64,000 bases of DNA from NCBI GenBank assembly GCA_021201815.1, contig JAJQEC010000090.1:107370-171369 (forward strand), given 5' to 3'. The position numbers and the translations under genes are program-made. The stretch is from Candidatus Azobacteroides sp. Lineage in GTDB: Bacteria > Bacteroidota > Bacteroidia > Bacteroidales > WRGA01. Positions 52,737 through 63,012 of this stretch are shown here, piece after piece; the first letter of the stretch is position 1; each line of letters opens with the position of its first letter. The notes beneath the pieces were generated by a model. The model saw only the letters and a program-made list of their open reading frames with translations, did no database searches and was not told the DNA's origin.

Positions 52737-53795
52737 CTAACATATATGCGTCATATATTCCTGAAATTCTTTTGTCAGATCTTTCATGATTAACGAATCA
52801 AAACGATCTGAAAATATTGCCTGACCAGGTGTCAGCGTAATAGTGCATACTAACATTCCTTTCTCATATACAGCAATGGATAGCATGCCAACAACGTTAT
52901 TAATTACTACCTGGCTAAAGGATTCTTTATTCGTATATAGTTCATCCATTAATTTCTCCTCATCCTCATCCAGCGTTTTCATCCTGTAATGATCGAGAAT
53001 GTCAAACAGCAATTTTACATCTCCGGGATTTGCCCTTGCATCAGAATTGATTTCACTCTCTTCTATTTCAACTGAATCCTCCTCTTTGTAATCTTCTCCA
53101 TAACAGAGTGTATGAAACCTATCCATTGCGTCCGAATGATATTCGTCCTCAAATATCTCTTCAAAAAACTCATATACCGAATCGACAGCGGAAGCAGCAA
53201 ACGGACTCACCCATTTTTCCGAGAACCATTTCGCGGTCATTTCAATCAGGATGGCCGCTTCATTGTTTTTTTTCAATGCTTCTTTCAGCTCTTCGTAATC
53301 AAACGCATCCCTGTACTGTCCCGGTGTAAACCAACGTGCGACATATAACATATAGGTTTCCGCACAGAATCCCCAGTTGGAAATGACCGCTAACATATCT
53401 TCATTCTGATAATGAATCTCATGCATAAGATCAGTGGTGGAGATATATCGGGCATATAGCATTACATCCTCTCTGTGGATGAGAGCCAGTTCCCGGGCAA
53501 ACATACCCCCTGCCTGATAGCTGCTGTGCGACCAGATGGTATTCTTTTCCCGATTTAACCCGGTTAATGCCTGCACGGTCCTTCACATCAGACCGTGCAG
53601 TTCCGGATATTTAATCGCATTGACAGCCAATACCCTTTCCCCTACCCTCTCCGGGAATAGTGTGTCATACCAGTGGTAATTATGAAAAGTCCTGTCATTA
53701 CCGGCGTTCGAAACACGCACTAAGAGATTCTCCAACGTTGACTTTACATAAGCCAATGGAAGGCTTTCTGTTTTAACAGAGGGTTTTTCATTCAT
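52737..53795 (-). pseudogene. Hypothetical protein (DUF6138-like segment), probably one gene split by in-frame TGA at 53583-53585
   Basis: ORFs 53583..53795 and 52737..53576 share a frame: PELHGLM*RTVQALTG. Confidence 0.6.
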
Positions 53796-53873
53796 ATTAT
53801 CAAATCATCTTTATCTCTACTTGTATAACAGATCTGTTTTGCACCGACACCTGATATTTCATGCCATGCCCAT

Positions 53874-56201
53874 TCACTCCATTCCAAACATCACATATTT
53901 GCCTCCTTTTTCCTGGATCATATATCCTCTGCTTCCGATCACCTGAAAGTACCGGATGCCTCCAAACTCAGGAACCGGATTCTCTGCCAGTTTCTTTCCC
54001 TGCATATTGAATGCTTGCATTTTTAATCTGCCAGCGTTCTCTTCATCCTCCTGCAGGAGATAGAAAATATCCGGTGTGATGCTTATTTCACCCTCACGTA
54101 TTCCTTTATTTATTTCGCAACAGGAAATCGTATCGTCAGTCAGGTGATACCGGCAGACAAAAGTACGTTCGGTATCACTTAACCAATAGTGCAGTACTCC
54201 GTTTTTTTCCATCATATATTTATGGTGCCAGTAATAATCAGGGAGGTGGTCAAGTTCATTCCCCTCCTCAATCAATTCGGGTTTGTGGTGGGTCTTTGCC
54301 AGTATTTTCCCTTCCTGAAGATCAATTTTATACATATATCCTATATTGGTGAGCAAGTATAACCTATCTCCAATGATATGATGCATGACCGGCTTTTCAT
54401 TATTGAACAATTCGATAATGGTTTTCTCAAACGCCCCGGCAGATGTGTTATACAAATCAATCACAAAACAATTCCGGCGGTTAACCGCAATAGTCACTAT
54501 ATTTTCGCCCCAGAACGACAAATCGGTATAAGTAAATTTACGAACCGGATTTTTTAATGCGATGCGTTTTCCATGCACTTTTCCTTTTTGCTTATCAATC
54601 AATACCATTTTGCCGTTTTCGAGATTCACTGCACAAATAAATTTTTCCGACTGTATGGGATAAGCTCCGAACTGGTAATACGTATTTGCCAGCTTGCATG
54701 TCCATCGTTCTTGACCGGTAGGGATATGGTAGGCAACGATGGAACGGCTATCCTTAATTACTGAGGGGACATACGCTATATCTCCATCAAAGATAGTTAA
54801 TGAACCATTTCCATAATCGTTGTAATTCTCTACCTTCCACTCAACTTTACCGGAGAGGGTATGGAATACTTTCATATTTTCTTCACTTACCACTCCGAAA
54901 TAATTCTGTCCCATACGGAAATAATATCCTGATGAAGTGAATTCCATATCGCCGATCTGAGCGCTGTATAGCTTATTTAACCGGGTAAACTTCCCTTCTT
55001 CTGTGATAGCATGTGGCTGCCAGCTATCTTGCGGAACTGTTTTTCGGGCATTTTCTGCGGCTTCTTTCAATTTCCTCTTATATTTTTCTTCTCTTGATTC
55101 TTTTTCCTCTTTTTCCTCTTCGGGAAAGTTTTCGGAAACTTCCTGGAGTAAATTCATGAGAGGATCGGGCAACCGATTCTCCTCTTTAAGGTAATAGGCA
55201 AAATCCTTTTTAGTCATTATCGCCCCTTTACCCAGAAGGTATTGAATAAATTCGATGTCGTCCCTGTAATCACGCACTGCGAAAAAGAGGGCCAATGGAT
55301 ATTTATCACAACCCGGAGGCTTTATATTCGGGTTAAAACCATGTTCCAGCAGTTCTTTCGCCCGTTTTTTCTGTTCGTCGCCGGCACGGGAATTTCTTAT
55401 CTGATACCAGAAAGCCGGATTATGTTCCACATCTTCTACCAGGTTACGGATATACAAACGGTCTTTTTCAGCCACAGCAAACTGATAGTAATTCTCTAAA
55501 AAATCTTCACCGATATATGGCTTATACCCCGCTTGTTGCAATAACTCAATTGAATCGGCAGGCCATTCATCCGGATCATTAACACCCCATATAGCAAAGT
55601 CAGTCAGGGGAGAATAATTCCCCCTGAATCGGCATGTCACCGAAAAGATATATTTCATCATTTCCACCTGACGGGCTTTTAATGCTTCCTTTATCAGAAT
55701 ATCAGAGTCATATTTCCCGGTTTTTACAGGCAGGGAAAGGTCGAGCCCTTCTTCTTCCACGTAGGATTTAATCACATTAATATCTCCGTTCCGGACTGCC
55801 TGGATTATTTTTTTATTCTGGGGGAATGATTCCGGATTGTAATTAATGGATTTTATTTTATTAATTTTATCATACTGATGAACAGTTTCAAGCAATTGTT
55901 CCAGTTGCTCGCCTCCGAATATAATTTCTTCACTTTTGCTGATAGCTTTTTTGAATTCCAGTTTGAAACCTTTTTTCACTAACTGGCTCACAAAACGCAT
56001 ACATGCCACCAACGCCTGTTTATTTGTTTTGAATGTACGGAAAGTCTCTACTTTTACATGCCGGACCTGTAATCGGCCTGTTTTTCCACCGCTGTTTACC
56101 CATATTTGATAACTATCGCCAGCATAAGAAAACGACATATAAAGTTCGTCAATAGCAAAAGGAAACTGAATTTCCGGTAAGGATTGTTTTTGTATTCTCA
56201 T
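53874..56201 (-). CDS. Multidomain protein: WGR-like N-terminus, ankyrin-like repeats, PQQ-like beta-propeller
   Basis: QLVKKGF; AVRNGDINVIKSYVEE, LLEHGFNPN, YLLGKGA; SGKVEWK, TGQERW. Confidence 0.65.
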   Translation of the reverse strand: MRIQKQSLPEIQFPFAIDELYMSFSYAGDSYQIWVNSGGKTGRLQVRHVKVETFRTFKTNKQALVACMRFVSQLVKKGFKLEFKKAISKSEEIIFGGEQLEQLLETVHQYDKINKIKSINYNPESFPQNKKIIQAVRNGDINVIKSYVEEEGLDLSLPVKTGKYDSDILIKEALKARQVEMMKYIFSVTCRFRGNYSPLTDFAIWGVNDPDEWPADSIELLQQAGYKPYIGEDFLENYYQFAVAEKDRLYIRNLVEDVEHNPAFWYQIRNSRAGDEQKKRAKELLEHGFNPNIKPPGCDKYPLALFFAVRDYRDDIEFIQYLLGKGAIMTKKDFAYYLKEENRLPDPLMNLLQEVSENFPEEEKEEKESREEKYKRKLKEAAENARKTVPQDSWQPHAITEEGKFTRLNKLYSAQIGDMEFTSSGYYFRMGQNYFGVVSEENMKVFHTLSGKVEWKVENYNDYGNGSLTIFDGDIAYVPSVIKDSRSIVAYHIPTGQERWTCKLANTYYQFGAYPIQSEKFICAVNLENGKMVLIDKQKGKVHGKRIALKNPVRKFTYTDLSFWGENIVTIAVNRRNCFVIDLYNTSAGAFEKTIIELFNNEKPVMHHIIGDRLYLLTNIGYMYKIDLQEGKILAKTHHKPELIEEGNELDHLPDYYWHHKYMMEKNGVLHYWLSDTERTFVCRYHLTDDTISCCEINKGIREGEISITPDIFYLLQEDEENAGRLKMQAFNMQGKKLAENPVPEFGGIRYFQVIGSRGYMIQEKGGKYVMFGME

Positions 56202-56512
56202 ATTTCCATATTTAATTAGTAGAAAAAGATCTTCGACAAGCGTATTTTTATCTTCCCTCGTATATATACTGTGTTTAACTAAAAAAGGCAGCGTGATGGT
56301 ACAAATATATGGATTATAAAAAATTTAAAAGATAAAAGAATGTAAAATTTTTTACTATTGGAGCGAGTGGTTTCTTTTTCTTTTCATCTTTAAGCCGATA
56401 GATAGTTTGTAAATAGAGGAAGTAGGGTCCCGCAATTCTCTCAGGTGGATGTTGACTTCAATAGGGTGTAAAATAGAGAAAAATAGTTGATCCTGGCTGA
56501 ATGTAGGATGGA

Positions 56513-56591
56513 TGCAAGTAAAAAAGCAGCTACAAATTTCACTTTTTAACTGTTTCACTTTTACTCTTTTCCTCCTGGACTTGAAACAAGA
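56513..56591 (-). repeat. Degenerate copy of tRNA-Asn 3' end plus downstream hairpin
   Basis: tgcaagtaaaaaagcagctac...taactg...ttcctcctggacttgaaacaag resembles 51733-51811. Confidence 0.7.
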
Positions 56592-56698
56592 GGAAATGAC
56601 AAAAGTAAATTTGAGATGAAATGAGGTTAGGATTCGTAAGTAAACAAGTTGGGAGAAACTGAATGTGAACCAAACCTGCCCCGCCATCAATGCTTCAC

Positions 56699-56746
56699 AG
56701 CCACGGAGTGGCGACATATTATTAGCCGTGCTGCCTCAGCACACGG
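56699..56746 (+). repeat. 48-bp REP-like double hairpin, copy 1
   Basis: agccacggagtggcgaca-N6-tagccgtgctgcctcagcacacgg. Confidence 0.85.
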
Positions 56747-57113
56747 TACTTAAATTAGCTACGCTGAACGGTGTTTGACGGCCCCGAGTTTCACCCGCGG
56801 TTATTAGCTTCGCTGACCGTTGGTTCACATTTGCCCCCGTTCGGGGTCATAGTTAAAAGGTGATAACTTTATAAAAGAACGATTGGACTTTTGACACACC
56901 TTCAACCGAAGGAACTAAGGAAGAGTATTTAAGTCAGCCTATTGCTCAAAGTGTAAGTGCAAGATGAATGCATACTCTCTGATCATGCCCTATCTCAATA
57001 AAAAAATTATCTCTTCTTTCTTTTTCTTCCGGAAAAAAGTATTTAAAGCTTTTCCTTTTAACATCTTATCAGGAATATTATTAATTTTGTTCCCCTATTA
57101 AATTCTACTATCT

Positions 57114-58697
57114 ATGAAAAATCTTGTGTTTACTCTGTTCTTTACAGCCCTCACTTTTATTCCTTTAATGGGGGCCTCTGCCGATGAATGGCATAAAAAA
57201 TTCTCCGGACTGAATTTACCTGGTGTAACCATTGATGAAGTAACTGTTATCTCTGACAGTGTATTTACCCTTCCGGGAAAAAATTTCTATTACACGGATT
57301 TACCACCGTTTCTCAGGGTGTTGCTGACATCAAGACCGACTGACGAATCTGCTATCGGAATTGAAATATGGCTCCCTCTTTCCGGCTGGAACGGACGTTT
57401 TATGGGTACCGGAAACGGAGGAGGGGCCGGAAGTATAAATGTCTGGCCATTAACGGTAGGAATTCAACGGGGTTTTGCCATAGCAAATACCGATATGGGA
57501 ACTTCTCCGGGTGTCAATGAAATAGTAAATTATCCTGAGAAGTGGAAAGATTTCGGCTATAGGGCAACCCACGAAATGACTGTGATTGGAAAAGTTATCA
57601 CTACCTGTTTTTATAATCAAACTCCTTCCTATTCTTATTTTGTTGGCTGTTCTACAGGCGGACAACAGGCACTTATGGAAGCACAACGGTATCCGGAAGA
57701 TTATGATGGCATCCTGGCAGGTGCTCCTGCCAATAACCGTACCCATCTGCATACCCAGTTTCTGTGGAATCACATGGTTGCAAACCAAGATCCGGAGTGC
57801 CGGTTTACACATGAGCAATTGAATCGGATAAAAGAGCTGGTATTAAAAACAAATGTAGGAAAAGACGGTGGCGCACCGGAAGATAATTTTCTGACAGACC
57901 CGAGGACAGCAATAATTAATTATGAAGAGTTAACCTCCTTTCTGAGTGAGAAACAAATAGAGGTATTAAAGAAAATTTACCAGGGTCCCGTTAACCCGGT
58001 AACCGGGCAGCGAATTTATAGTCCTGCCCCTTTAGGCAGCGAATTGTACGGAGGAGGAATCGATGAACAACAGGAATATACATTTACACAACACCATTTT
58101 TATCCTTTTTTCTGGACATGGGGAAAGGAATATGATTTTTCCCGGTTTGACTTTAATAAGGATATGGATAAAATAGATGAAACCCTTGCCCCTATCCTGA
58201 ATGCCAACAACCCGGACCTCACTCCTTTCAATAATCATGGCGGAAAACTTCTTATGTATACCGGGACAAACGATGCGATTGTTCCTTTTCAGGACGCTAT
58301 GTATTATTATGAAAGGGTCGTGGAACATCAGGGCAGCCTGGAAGAAACCCAACGATTTTTCCGTTATTTTATCATTCCGGGGATGGGTCATTGCGGGGGA
58401 GGCCCGGGATTAAATGAGTGTGCCCATACGGCAGCGATAAATGTGCCACTGGATAAGGAACATGATATGGTAACTGCTTTAATGAACTGGGTGGAACATG
58501 ACATGGTGCCGGAACAAATTATTGTAACCCGTTATCACGAAAATCCGGAACAGGGAATAAAAATGCAACGGCCGGTATTCCCTTATCCGTTGTTTCCGAA
58601 GTATACCGGAGGGGATTACACATTGCCTTCCAGTTACCGGGCTGTAGAAAGAGAAAGAGCAAATATTCCCGTACCGGATGCTATTTACCTGAAATAA
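57114..58697 (+). CDS. Tannase/feruloyl esterase family hydrolase
   Basis: WNGRF..GNGG, GCSTGG, YPEDYDGI, PGMGHCGGG, RPVFPYP. Confidence 0.93.
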   Translation: MKNLVFTLFFTALTFIPLMGASADEWHKKFSGLNLPGVTIDEVTVISDSVFTLPGKNFYYTDLPPFLRVLLTSRPTDESAIGIEIWLPLSGWNGRFMGTGNGGGAGSINVWPLTVGIQRGFAIANTDMGTSPGVNEIVNYPEKWKDFGYRATHEMTVIGKVITTCFYNQTPSYSYFVGCSTGGQQALMEAQRYPEDYDGILAGAPANNRTHLHTQFLWNHMVANQDPECRFTHEQLNRIKELVLKTNVGKDGGAPEDNFLTDPRTAIINYEELTSFLSEKQIEVLKKIYQGPVNPVTGQRIYSPAPLGSELYGGGIDEQQEYTFTQHHFYPFFWTWGKEYDFSRFDFNKDMDKIDETLAPILNANNPDLTPFNNHGGKLLMYTGTNDAIVPFQDAMYYYERVVEHQGSLEETQRFFRYFIIPGMGHCGGGPGLNECAHTAAINVPLDKEHDMVTALMNWVEHDMVPEQIIVTRYHENPEQGIKMQRPVFPYPLFPKYTGGDYTLPSSYRAVERERANIPVPDAIYLK

Positions 58698-58864
58698 TGC
58701 GTATCAGAAATAAAATATTCTTTAAAAATATTTATTATGCATCTTTATTAACCGGTGAATGCCTATCTTTACCGAAAATTTAACAAATCGGCTTTAACAA
58801 AACTTTACTTCGGATATCCCTTTGATAATAACCTGTATAAAGGGAGACAAGAGCTTTAAATTAC

Positions 58865-59836
58865 ATGAAACAAATATTAGGAATAGGAAATGCCCTGGTG
58901 GATGTACTGGTACAAATCCAGTCGGATGAAATATTAAATGAGTTGGAATTACCGAAAGGCAGTATGCAACTAATTGATGAAAAGCGGCTGCATAAGATTA
59001 ATCAAAGAATAGAATCCGAGAAGAAAGCTTTTGTTTCCGGAGGTTCCTGTGCCAATACAATGGCCGGACTGGCTCGTTTGGGGAATGCCTGTAGTTTTAT
59101 CGGTAAAACCGGTCAGGACCGTACCGGAGAGATTTTTTCCGAAGAAATCCGGAAATTCGGTGTCAATCCCGTGTTATTAAAAAGCCATACGCCCAGCGGA
59201 ACGGCGATGACATTTATTTCCCCGGACAGCGAACGGACATTCGGCACTTTTCTGGGAGCAGCGGCAGAGTTGTCACCGGAGGATCTGAAACCGGAAATGT
59301 TCGAAGGGTATGAGCTTTTTTATATCGAAGGATACCTGGTGCAGAATCATACATTAATAGAACAGGCTGCCGCACTGGCAAAAGCCCACGAGATTAAAAT
59401 AGCCATTGACCTGGCTAGTTACAATGTAGTAGAAAGTAATCTTGAATTTCTTTTCCATTTAATCAGGGAATATGCGGATATTGTATTTGCCAACGAAGAA
59501 GAGTCAAAAGCGCTGTGCGGAAAGAATCCACAGGATGCCCTTATTTATTTATCGGAAATATGTGATATTGCAATTGTAAAAGTCGGAAAAGAAGGTTCCC
59601 TGATCAAAAACAAAGAAAAGGTACTGCATGTAAATCCGTTAAAGGCTAATCCGGTAGATACGACTGGAGCCGGTGACCTGTACGCCGCCGGATTCCTGCA
59701 TGGGCTGCTTCAGGATAAGCCATTGACCCAATGCGGAGAATACGGTTCCCTGCTTGCCGGAAATGTGATTGAAGTCATAGGGGCCAAAATAGATGAAGAA
59801 AGATGGGTACATATCGAAAACAAGATCAAAGCGTAG
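58865..59836 (+). CDS. PfkB-family carbohydrate/adenosine kinase
   Basis: GNALVD, GGSCAN, ERTF, FANEEE, DTTGAGD. Confidence 0.93.
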   Translation: MKQILGIGNALVDVLVQIQSDEILNELELPKGSMQLIDEKRLHKINQRIESEKKAFVSGGSCANTMAGLARLGNACSFIGKTGQDRTGEIFSEEIRKFGVNPVLLKSHTPSGTAMTFISPDSERTFGTFLGAAAELSPEDLKPEMFEGYELFYIEGYLVQNHTLIEQAAALAKAHEIKIAIDLASYNVVESNLEFLFHLIREYADIVFANEEESKALCGKNPQDALIYLSEICDIAIVKVGKEGSLIKNKEKVLHVNPLKANPVDTTGAGDLYAAGFLHGLLQDKPLTQCGEYGSLLAGNVIEVIGAKIDEERWVHIENKIKA

Positions 59837-59894
59837 CTTGTGAGAGGTTGAACTATGTAATCAGATAATTGTTTTTAATTTTATTTATAAACTA

Positions 59895-61586
59895 ATGAGA
59901 AAAATATTGGCTGTTGGTTTTTGTTTGTTATTCGGGACAGGAATTCTCTGTGCCCAGGAAAACGACAGAAACTTTGAAATAAGTAAAAACTTATCCGTTT
60001 TCAATTCTTTGTATAAAGAGTTGGAAATGTTTTATGTAGACACATTAGATACGGAAAAAACAATCCGTTCGGGAATAGATGGAATGTTAAGGGGATTAGA
60101 TCCTTATACGGTATATATTTCCGATGAAGAAACAAACGATTTTAAGTTCCAGACAACAGGAGAGTATGCCGGTGTCGGAGCCATTATTACTCTTGGAAGA
60201 GATAAAAGAGTAGTGATTTCCGAGCCTTATGAAGGAATGCCAGCTCAAAAAAGCGGGCTGAAAGCGGGAGATGTGATTCTGGAAATCGATGGTGAAAATG
60301 TCACCACAAAAACAGTCTCGGAAGTAAGCAATATGCTGAAAGGAACTCCGAATACGACTGTAAAAATAAAAGTTGAAAGACCGGGAGAGAAAAAGGACCT
60401 CACTTTTAATGTAAAAAGAGAAAATATTCAGATCACTTCTGTTCCTTATTATGGAATGGTAACGGGTGATATCGGCTATATTAACCTGTCCAGTTTTACG
60501 GAAAACACGGCAGGAGAAGTGAGACAGGCAATCCGTGACCTGATTACCAATCACAACGCCGGGAAATTAATTCTGGATGTAAGAAATAATCCCGGAGGAG
60601 TGATGGATGCTGCGGTACAAACCGTTAACTTTTTTGTTCCCAAAGGAAAAGAAGTTGTTTCTACAAAGGGAAAGGTAAGGCAATGGAACCGGGTATACAA
60701 TACCATGTTTGAACCCATTGCCGAAAATATTCCGTTGGTAGTGCTGGTTAATAATAATTCTGCTTCTGCTTCTGAGATTGTAGCCGGAGCGTTGCAGGAT
60801 CTGGACAGGGCTGTTATTGTGGGAAGCCGTACGTATGGAAAAGGACTGGTACAAAGTGCACGGGAAGTCGGTTACAACGGAATCCTGAAACTTACCATTT
60901 CAAAATATTATATTCCAAGTGGAAGATGCATACAAGCCATCGATTATACCCATAGAAATGAAAGCGGATCTGCCGATTATATACCGGATAGCCTGACAAA
61001 TGAATTCTTTACGGCTAACGGGCGGGTTGTCAGGGATGGAAGGGGCATTTCTCCTGATTTCACCGTCGAAAACGAAAAGCCGGGCAACATTACTTATTAT
61101 CTGGTAATGGAAAACATCATTTTTGATTATGCCACAGAATATGTGAATCAGCATAAGGCAATCCCGCCGGTAGAAGATTTCCGTTTTACGGATGAAGACT
61201 ATGAGGGATTCAAAGCCTTTGTAAAAACAAAAGACTTTACGTATGACAGGCAAACGGAAAAGGTTCTTAAAACATTGAGGGAAGTGGCCGAGTTTGAAGG
61301 GTATCTTGATTCTGCATCTGAGGAATTTGCTGCTCTGGAAAGTAAATTAAACCCGGACCTGGACAGGGATCTGGAAAAATTTAAAACAGAAATAGAACAA
61401 CTGATCAGCCTAGAGATCGTAAAAAGGTATTATTATCAGAAAGGAGAAATTATAGAAGGACTGAAAGATGATAATGACCTGAAAAAAGCCATTGAAGTGC
61501 TGAATGATCCGGAGCTTTATACGAAAACCCTCAGTACGCCTGTAGCGGAGAATAACACGTCGGAACCGACCGCCCGGACAGAATAA
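59895..61586 (+). CDS. S41 C-terminal processing peptidase with PDZ domain
   Basis: LDPYT, DVRNNPGG, SASASEI, GKGLVQ. Confidence 0.95.
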   Translation: MRKILAVGFCLLFGTGILCAQENDRNFEISKNLSVFNSLYKELEMFYVDTLDTEKTIRSGIDGMLRGLDPYTVYISDEETNDFKFQTTGEYAGVGAIITLGRDKRVVISEPYEGMPAQKSGLKAGDVILEIDGENVTTKTVSEVSNMLKGTPNTTVKIKVERPGEKKDLTFNVKRENIQITSVPYYGMVTGDIGYINLSSFTENTAGEVRQAIRDLITNHNAGKLILDVRNNPGGVMDAAVQTVNFFVPKGKEVVSTKGKVRQWNRVYNTMFEPIAENIPLVVLVNNNSASASEIVAGALQDLDRAVIVGSRTYGKGLVQSAREVGYNGILKLTISKYYIPSGRCIQAIDYTHRNESGSADYIPDSLTNEFFTANGRVVRDGRGISPDFTVENEKPGNITYYLVMENIIFDYATEYVNQHKAIPPVEDFRFTDEDYEGFKAFVKTKDFTYDRQTEKVLKTLREVAEFEGYLDSASEEFAALESKLNPDLDRDLEKFKTEIEQLISLEIVKRYYYQKGEIIEGLKDDNDLKKAIEVLNDPELYTKTLSTPVAENNTSEPTARTE

Positions 61587-61706
61587 AAAAGTATTACCGG
61601 CCTGCAGGAAAAAATACCCCTGTCTTATCTTCTGCAAAAAGACAAAAAAAATAGCAGAAGATAGGACGATATTTAAAAAATATCATTACTTTTGCACCCG
61701 TTAAAC

Positions 61707-61780
61707 GGCCCCGTAGCTCAACTGAATAGAGTATCTGACTACGGATCAGACGGTTACAGGTTTGAATCCTGTCGGGGTCA
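61707..61780 (+). tRNA. tRNA-Arg(ACG)
   Basis: GGCCCCG..TCTGA-CT-ACG-GA-TCAGA..TTTGAATC..CGGGGTCA; TACTTTTG promoter element at 61687-61694. Confidence 0.96.
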
Positions 61781-61783
61781 CAG

Positions 61784-61820
61784 AAAAGAAGCGGTTACTG
61801 GTAAAGTAAGCGCTTCTTTG
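61784..61820 (+). terminator. Terminator after tRNA-Arg
   Basis: aaagaagcg.ttac ... gtaagcgcttcttt hairpin. Confidence 0.6.
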
Positions 61821-62118
61821 CTTTTCTATAAATTCTTAAATAATAAGAGGTTAATAGTAGTATTTAAATATAATAATACTTTTACTCTATAGATATTTAT
61901 TATAGTAAAATGTTTTATTTTTCAGGAAATAAGATAATTTCAGCTAGAGAATACTGAAAAATAATATTCCTTAAAAAAGAAAAAACAGGTTAGCTTTTAT
62001 GTGTAAAAGCAAGCCAACTGTTTAAAATAAATTAGAAATATAAGAATCTTTATTGAGATTCCCATATCTATCTTTGTAGAAAATATTTTAAAGGAGTAAT
62101 CTAACTGACAACCTACAT

Positions 62119-62529
62119 TTATATGCATAATTTATCCCATACATATAAAAACATAAGGATATAAGAAGGAATTAATGCTACTAATTTCAAAATGAAACAT
62201 ATCCATGAAGGAATATTCCACCATTCTTTTTCATTAACCCTTATTTTTTCGTCATCTACACTTTTATTTTTTTTTCGATTCTTACAGTAAACTCCATACC
62301 AAATAATTGTGGAAATAAAATACTGCATAACATCTAAAAACAAAGAGACAACTAAAAAAATTAATGGCCATAATAATTCTTTTGGAACAGAAGAAGAAAT
62401 TTCATCACTGCCACTTACCCGAAAAATCCAGATAATACCAATACCCGCAAAAGCTAATTGACGATTAATATCACTCAGCTTTCCTGAAATTACTTCATAA
62501 GCATCCCTTATTTCTGATAATTTCATCAT
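62119..62529 (-). CDS. Small membrane protein (about three hydrophobic segments), function unknown
   Basis: LAFAGIGIIWIF, LLWPLIFLVVSLFLDVMQYFI, WICFILKLVALIPSYILMFLYVW. Confidence 0.85.
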   Translation of the reverse strand: MMKLSEIRDAYEVISGKLSDINRQLAFAGIGIIWIFRVSGSDEISSSVPKELLWPLIFLVVSLFLDVMQYFISTIIWYGVYCKNRKKNKSVDDEKIRVNEKEWWNIPSWICFILKLVALIPSYILMFLYVWDKLCI

Positions 62530-62606
62530 TTTGGAGATCTTGGGCCTGTTCCTTTAGTTACTTGGGGTTTAGGGCGTGGTTGTGAATTAGATTGAGATTT
62601 AGACAT
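62526..62606 (-). CDS. Putative 26-aa micropeptide MSKSQSNSQPRPKPQVTKGTGPRSPK
   Basis: ATG after AT-rich leader; stop overlaps next start (ATGA); paralogous to 62654..62803. Confidence 0.65.
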   Translation of the reverse strand: MSKSQSNSQPRPKPQVTKGTGPRSPK

Positions 62607-62653
62607 TTTTATATTATTTAATAAATTTATATTATAGAAATCATTACTATATT

Positions 62654-62803
62654 TTATTTTTTCCTTAACGGAGATCTTGGGCCTGTTCCTTTTGATTCAG
62701 TTATGCGGGTTTTTTGAGATGAGTAGTCCTCTCGTTGACGAACTCTTGGTTTAGGAGCTGGTTGTGATTTTGGTGATGGTTTACTTTTTCCCTTTTCGGA
62801 CAT
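62654..62803 (-). CDS. Putative 49-aa micropeptide MSEKGKSKPSPKSQPAPKPRVRQREDYSSQKTRITESKGTGPRSPLRKK
   Basis: ATG after AT-rich leader; GC-richer than flanks; shares SQPxPKPxV and KGTGPRSP with the neighbour. Confidence 0.65.
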   Translation of the reverse strand: MSEKGKSKPSPKSQPAPKPRVRQREDYSSQKTRITESKGTGPRSPLRKK

Positions 62804-62964
62804 AATTTAGATTTTAATTAATAAATATAAATATAATAATATTTTACATTTAAAAATATATAAAATGAAATGAATTAATGATATAAAATTTCTTTCTTAT
62901 AAATGAGAAAATCACAAGAAATATCTTCAAAGTCCTTGAGCATTCTCTAAGATCTCAATAAGGA

Positions 62965-63012
62965 CCGTGTGCTGAGGCAGCACGGCTAAGGACATGGCGC
63001 CGCTCCGCGGCT
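62965..63012 (-). repeat. 48-bp REP-like double hairpin, copy 2
   Basis: Reverse complement reads agccgcggagcggcgcca-N6-tagccgtgctgcctcagcacacgg. Confidence 0.85.

Noticed and set aside
1298-61637. Many short antisense or alternate-frame ORFs inside long genes
   Set aside because: Shadow ORFs of well-supported genes with no motifs
61692-61892. 66-aa ORF
   Set aside because: Overlaps tRNA-Arg
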